From Glycera tridactyla (taxonomy: Eukaryota), in NCBI GenBank assembly GCA_965644265.1, contig OZ286461.1, forward strand, positions 40,796,001 to 40,860,000: a DNA stretch of 64,000 nucleotides, given 5' to 3'. The notes below the pieces were generated by a model, which did no database searches, was not told the origin of the DNA, and saw only the letters and a program-made list of their open reading frames with translations. Of the stretch, positions 60,719 to 64,000 are shown in pieces. Numbering within the stretch: the stretch's first letter is position 1; each line of letters begins with the position of its first letter. Both the position numbers and the translations under genes were made by a program.

Positions 60719-62707
60719 CCCTTTACTGCATAGAGCGCCATAGTGCGCCAGTCAGCTGGTGCATAGAGCGCCATAGCGCGCCAGTCAGCTGGTGCATAGA
60801 GCGCCATTGAGCCCCAGTCAGCTGGTGCATAGAGCACCAAAAAGCGCCAGACACGAAAAAATCGCCGAAAGTATTACAAGACTTGATTCAAAAAATATTT
60901 TTTTGAGGTGGCTTTTGGTGCGAATATCGATATAAACGAAACACTATCGTGAAGAGGAGAGCTTAGGCTTCCCTCTAGTATACGTTCCAAAAATAGAATG
61001 TTTGGGTCACGTGACTTAGAACCACGGATGTAGGAATTTCCCGGCAAATGAAACCAACAAGAGGGCCAGATCCAAGATGGCGGCGCACAGAGATGAAGCT
61101 GCTCTCTTGACATCTCCACTGTTTCTGGTGAATAATCGACGGATTCTCAGGATTTATACATGCATTATATACAAACGGATATCCGCGGATTTAATCATGT
61201 AATCGTTTTGACCGTGAGTTCAATATTTCTATGGTAATTTTGCAGTTGAAGGCGATGTATACATTCGGGGAAGACACGTGTTTGACAAGCAGTCTAGCAT
61301 TCTAGTTGTCAAAGCCGGCCGGCAACTTGCGCTTCACTTTGTGAAGAAACTATGTGAAATATCGACATGCCGTCTATACAAATGTGTAGAGGAAGTTCTT
61401 ATGATCATAACAGTATATGATTTATGCAGTTTTGTCCAGAATTCTTGGCGAGATGGCAGAAATTCCACATGAAAGTCATCATAGAAAATTTAGGATTGAG
61501 AATTTAGAACGAGGCTGGATGGCTGTACACAGTTGATTCAGACTTCACTCTACATTTGGCTCTTATTTAGCAAATATTCGTCATATTTTCATACTTTATC
61601 CTTACCCCCCACACAAATAGAGCACAAGGAATATTATCGCATGATCTTTCATGGATTTGGGTTATTTCTTGGGTCATTTCGTTGTCGAGATGAAGTGATC
61701 CTTCGCGGAAAATTGCGCAGTTAGCGATGATCACCTGTCTAGCTGTCAAAGCCGGCCGCCAACGTCTGGCTCCATTTATGAAGAAACTATTCAAAATATC
61801 GACATGCCGTTTGCACACACGTGTAGAGGAACTTCTTGTGAATATAAACATATATGATTTGTTAGGTTTTGACCAGAATTCTTGAAGTGATGGCAAAAAT
61901 CCCATGCAAAGTCATCAATGAAAAATCGCGATTCACTTGTCAAAGTGAGTGAAAATGGTTATACAGACGCCACTCTTAATTCGGCCGCCATTCGGCCGCC
62001 ATTCGTCCTATTTTCGCAGTTGTTTCTCCCATGACATACAAAATAGAATACAAGCAACACTTTTATCAAATGATTTTTCAATGACAGTCAATATCTCTTG
62101 TGTTAATTCGATCTTTTGATTGAGAAAATATCCGGCAGTCATACGTCAGCGTGGCGCGATTTTTCTCCCCCCAAAAGTTGTGCGTGAATCTGTACTCAAC
62201 TCACATTTGTGAAGAAACTATTCGAAATATCAGCATGCCGTCTTCACACACGTCTGTGTTAGGTTCTTGTGGAGCTGAAAAATGATTTTTTCATGAAGAT
62301 CGGCTGTGTATTTCTTGCATGAAAAATATTTTTCCGTGATAAAGTCTGGTTTGTTTACCTGGCGTATGACATGTATTCAGTGTGTACCGCCGGGATCATT
62401 GCGTCTGTCATCTCTGCTCTTCCAATCAGCTGTGATAAAATGGCGATTCCAATCAAAAAACTACACTTACCATCATTTTCTGCGTGTTCTGTTTGCCTTA
62501 TACGATTTTTTTTTGTGGTTATTGGTGAATTATCATGGATGCAGGGCTTCACATTAAACCCTATGCAAAGTGTCAAAATTAAGTCATGACGCGATTTTTT
62601 TCATGCACACGGTGACGTTTCCCGTGCATGCTGGGAGTAGCGTCACATCATTCCACGTGCATGCACTATTTGACCTTTTGGGCCCAGGTTAGTATGCAGT
62701 AAAAGGG
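60719..62707. mobile_element. Non-autonomous piggyBac-type DNA transposon (~2.0 kb)
   Basis: TTAA on both sides (60715-60718, 62708-62711); TIR CCCTTT(T)ACTGCATA; CpG-rich; subterminal 33-bp repeats; internal ~200-bp repeats; no transposase ORF. Confidence 0.88.
60730..60855 (+). repeat. 33-bp subterminal tandem repeat (~3.8 units, ATAGAGCGCCATAG(T/C)GCGCCAGTCAGCTGGTGC)
   Basis: Units start at 60730, 60763, 60796 and 60829. Confidence 0.95.
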
Positions 62708-63463
62708 TTAAATTGCCTCTAACTTCACCAAAATCAGAGATATTCCTATCAAAATCGGACCACCTATTGTTTGAATCACATTACATCAGTCACCATGTTC
62801 AAATTCTGGGTAAAAGCTGCTGAATTCAAATAAGATACATTCTTCGGTAGCTGGCCCCAATTTCGGAGAATTGGCCATATATTTTCTATCTATAGACCCA
62901 TACCCAACATGGTGTTCAAAATGCTGGCATTTCCCTCAACTCGGTAGGACTCTTTCAATTCCAGAAAAAAAACACCCCTGGTTGGCGATCTCAGCCACCA
63001 CATGCTCTGAATGTGGAACTCGGCCAAGGCCGGCTTACCACAAAAATGGGGCCAACTACCTGTCATAAATGGGGCCAATAATGTATGAAGTAATGTGACT
63101 TCAATTACAATATGGAGGAACTTGACCCCTATTACTGGGAAAATGGGGCCACATTGGCACACACGCCCCCCCCCCCCTTCCCCTCATGGATGCAGCTCTG
63201 TACAGCCCAATGGAAATCATCTTTGTCAAAGGGGTTGACTGTCATAATTACACTCATTTGTGAACCACTTTTTCCTACCCCTCATCATTTGCTAGGACCC
63301 CAAAGACATTCGATTCTGACTCAAGCAAGGTGTATAGCTACTGTCTGACCTTTGTCAATGTAATAAACAGCCACCTGCCTTCTGATGGGTACTCAATTAG
63401 AATTCGAGTTGCCAACTGTCCATAGCAGTCCCTTTGCCCACTCCCCAGGGGTAGCTGCTTAAA

Positions 63464-63697
63464 NNNNNNNNNNNNNNNNNNNNNNNNNNNNNNNNNNNNN
63501 NNNNNNNNNNNNNNNNNNNNNNNNNNNNNNNNNNNNNNNNNNNNNNNNNNNNNNNNNNNNNNNNNNNNNNNNNNNNNNNNNNNNNNNNNNNNNNNNNNNN
63601 NNNNNNNNNNNNNNNNNNNNNNNNNNNNNNNNNNNNNNNNNNNNNNNNNNNNNNNNNNNNNNNNNNNNNNNNNNNNNNNNNNNNNNNNNNNNNNNNN
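63464..63697. other. Assembly gap (N)
   Basis: Run of N. Confidence 1.
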
Positions 63698-64000
63698 CAG
63701 ACAATGGGTAGTAATTACAATGCCCATGATGCTTCAAGTTTTATTTCAACACAATTCACTACCGAACATTCAGGGCTCGACACTAACGGCTGCCCGACTG
63801 GCATTTGCAGGTAGAAACATCGTTCGGGCAGGTCAATTTGGCGACGAACCTGCCCGCCGGGCAGGTGGCTTTTCGGCCGGTATATATGCGCGAACCGGAT
63901 GAAATATTTACGAATAATAACACGATGGGAGAAGCAGAAACGCAGTTTTATTCGAGAGCCTACCTCCTCCGCCTTCAAAACAATCCAAGATGGCGTCGTT

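Larger units (their letters stand above)
58766..62877. mobile_element. TA-flanked element with 26-bp TIRs (Tc1/mariner-like), host of three nested insertions
   Basis: Left TA|CGGCCAATTCTCCCAAATTGGGGCCA; right end reverse-complements to TA|TGGCCAATTCTCCGAAATTGGGGCCA (24/26); no intact transposase seen. Confidence 0.7.

Noticed and set aside
60730-60855. 33-bp repeat array resembling CRISPR
   Set aside because: The units are contiguous with no unique spacers, the context is eukaryotic with no cas genes, and the array lies in a transposon subterminus.

Overview
This is intron-rich animal genomic DNA (about 39% GC by eye, invertebrate-like repeat landscape, five N-gaps). The species cannot be determined from sequence alone. 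Two spliced genes lie in tandem on the minus strand, both rebuilt by hand with GT-AG junctions whose phases all join in frame. (1) A complete SLC25A38 (mitochondrial glycine carrier) ortholog has 10 coding exons at 3331-10724 (298 aa), with a candidate alternative first exon at 11378-11428. (2) A kinesin-8 KIF19 ortholog has 18 coding exons at 20229-46368 (about 990 aa); its first ~75 codons could not be found in the 17.6 kb upstream. Nearly all other ORF-track entries are antisense shadows of exons or repeat artefacts. Introns and intergenic DNA are packed with non-autonomous DNA transposons: TA-flanked CAGT(C/G/A)-ended Tc1/mariner-type MITEs, Tc2-type MITEs, hAT-like MITEs with 5-, 6- and 8-bp target duplications, a 2-kb piggyBac-type element and Helentron-like tandem-repeat elements. 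There are also SINEs, RTE-LINE 3' tips and microsatellites. No transposase ORF, CRISPR array, rRNA or intact tRNA was found. The most interesting structures are a nested transposon stack at 58.8-62.9 kb, an internal cargo segment shared between two transposon superfamilies, atypical short TSDs, the uORF-laden alternative 5' end of SLC25A38 and a decayed duplicate of a KIF19 exon. I found no convincing wholly new gene system.
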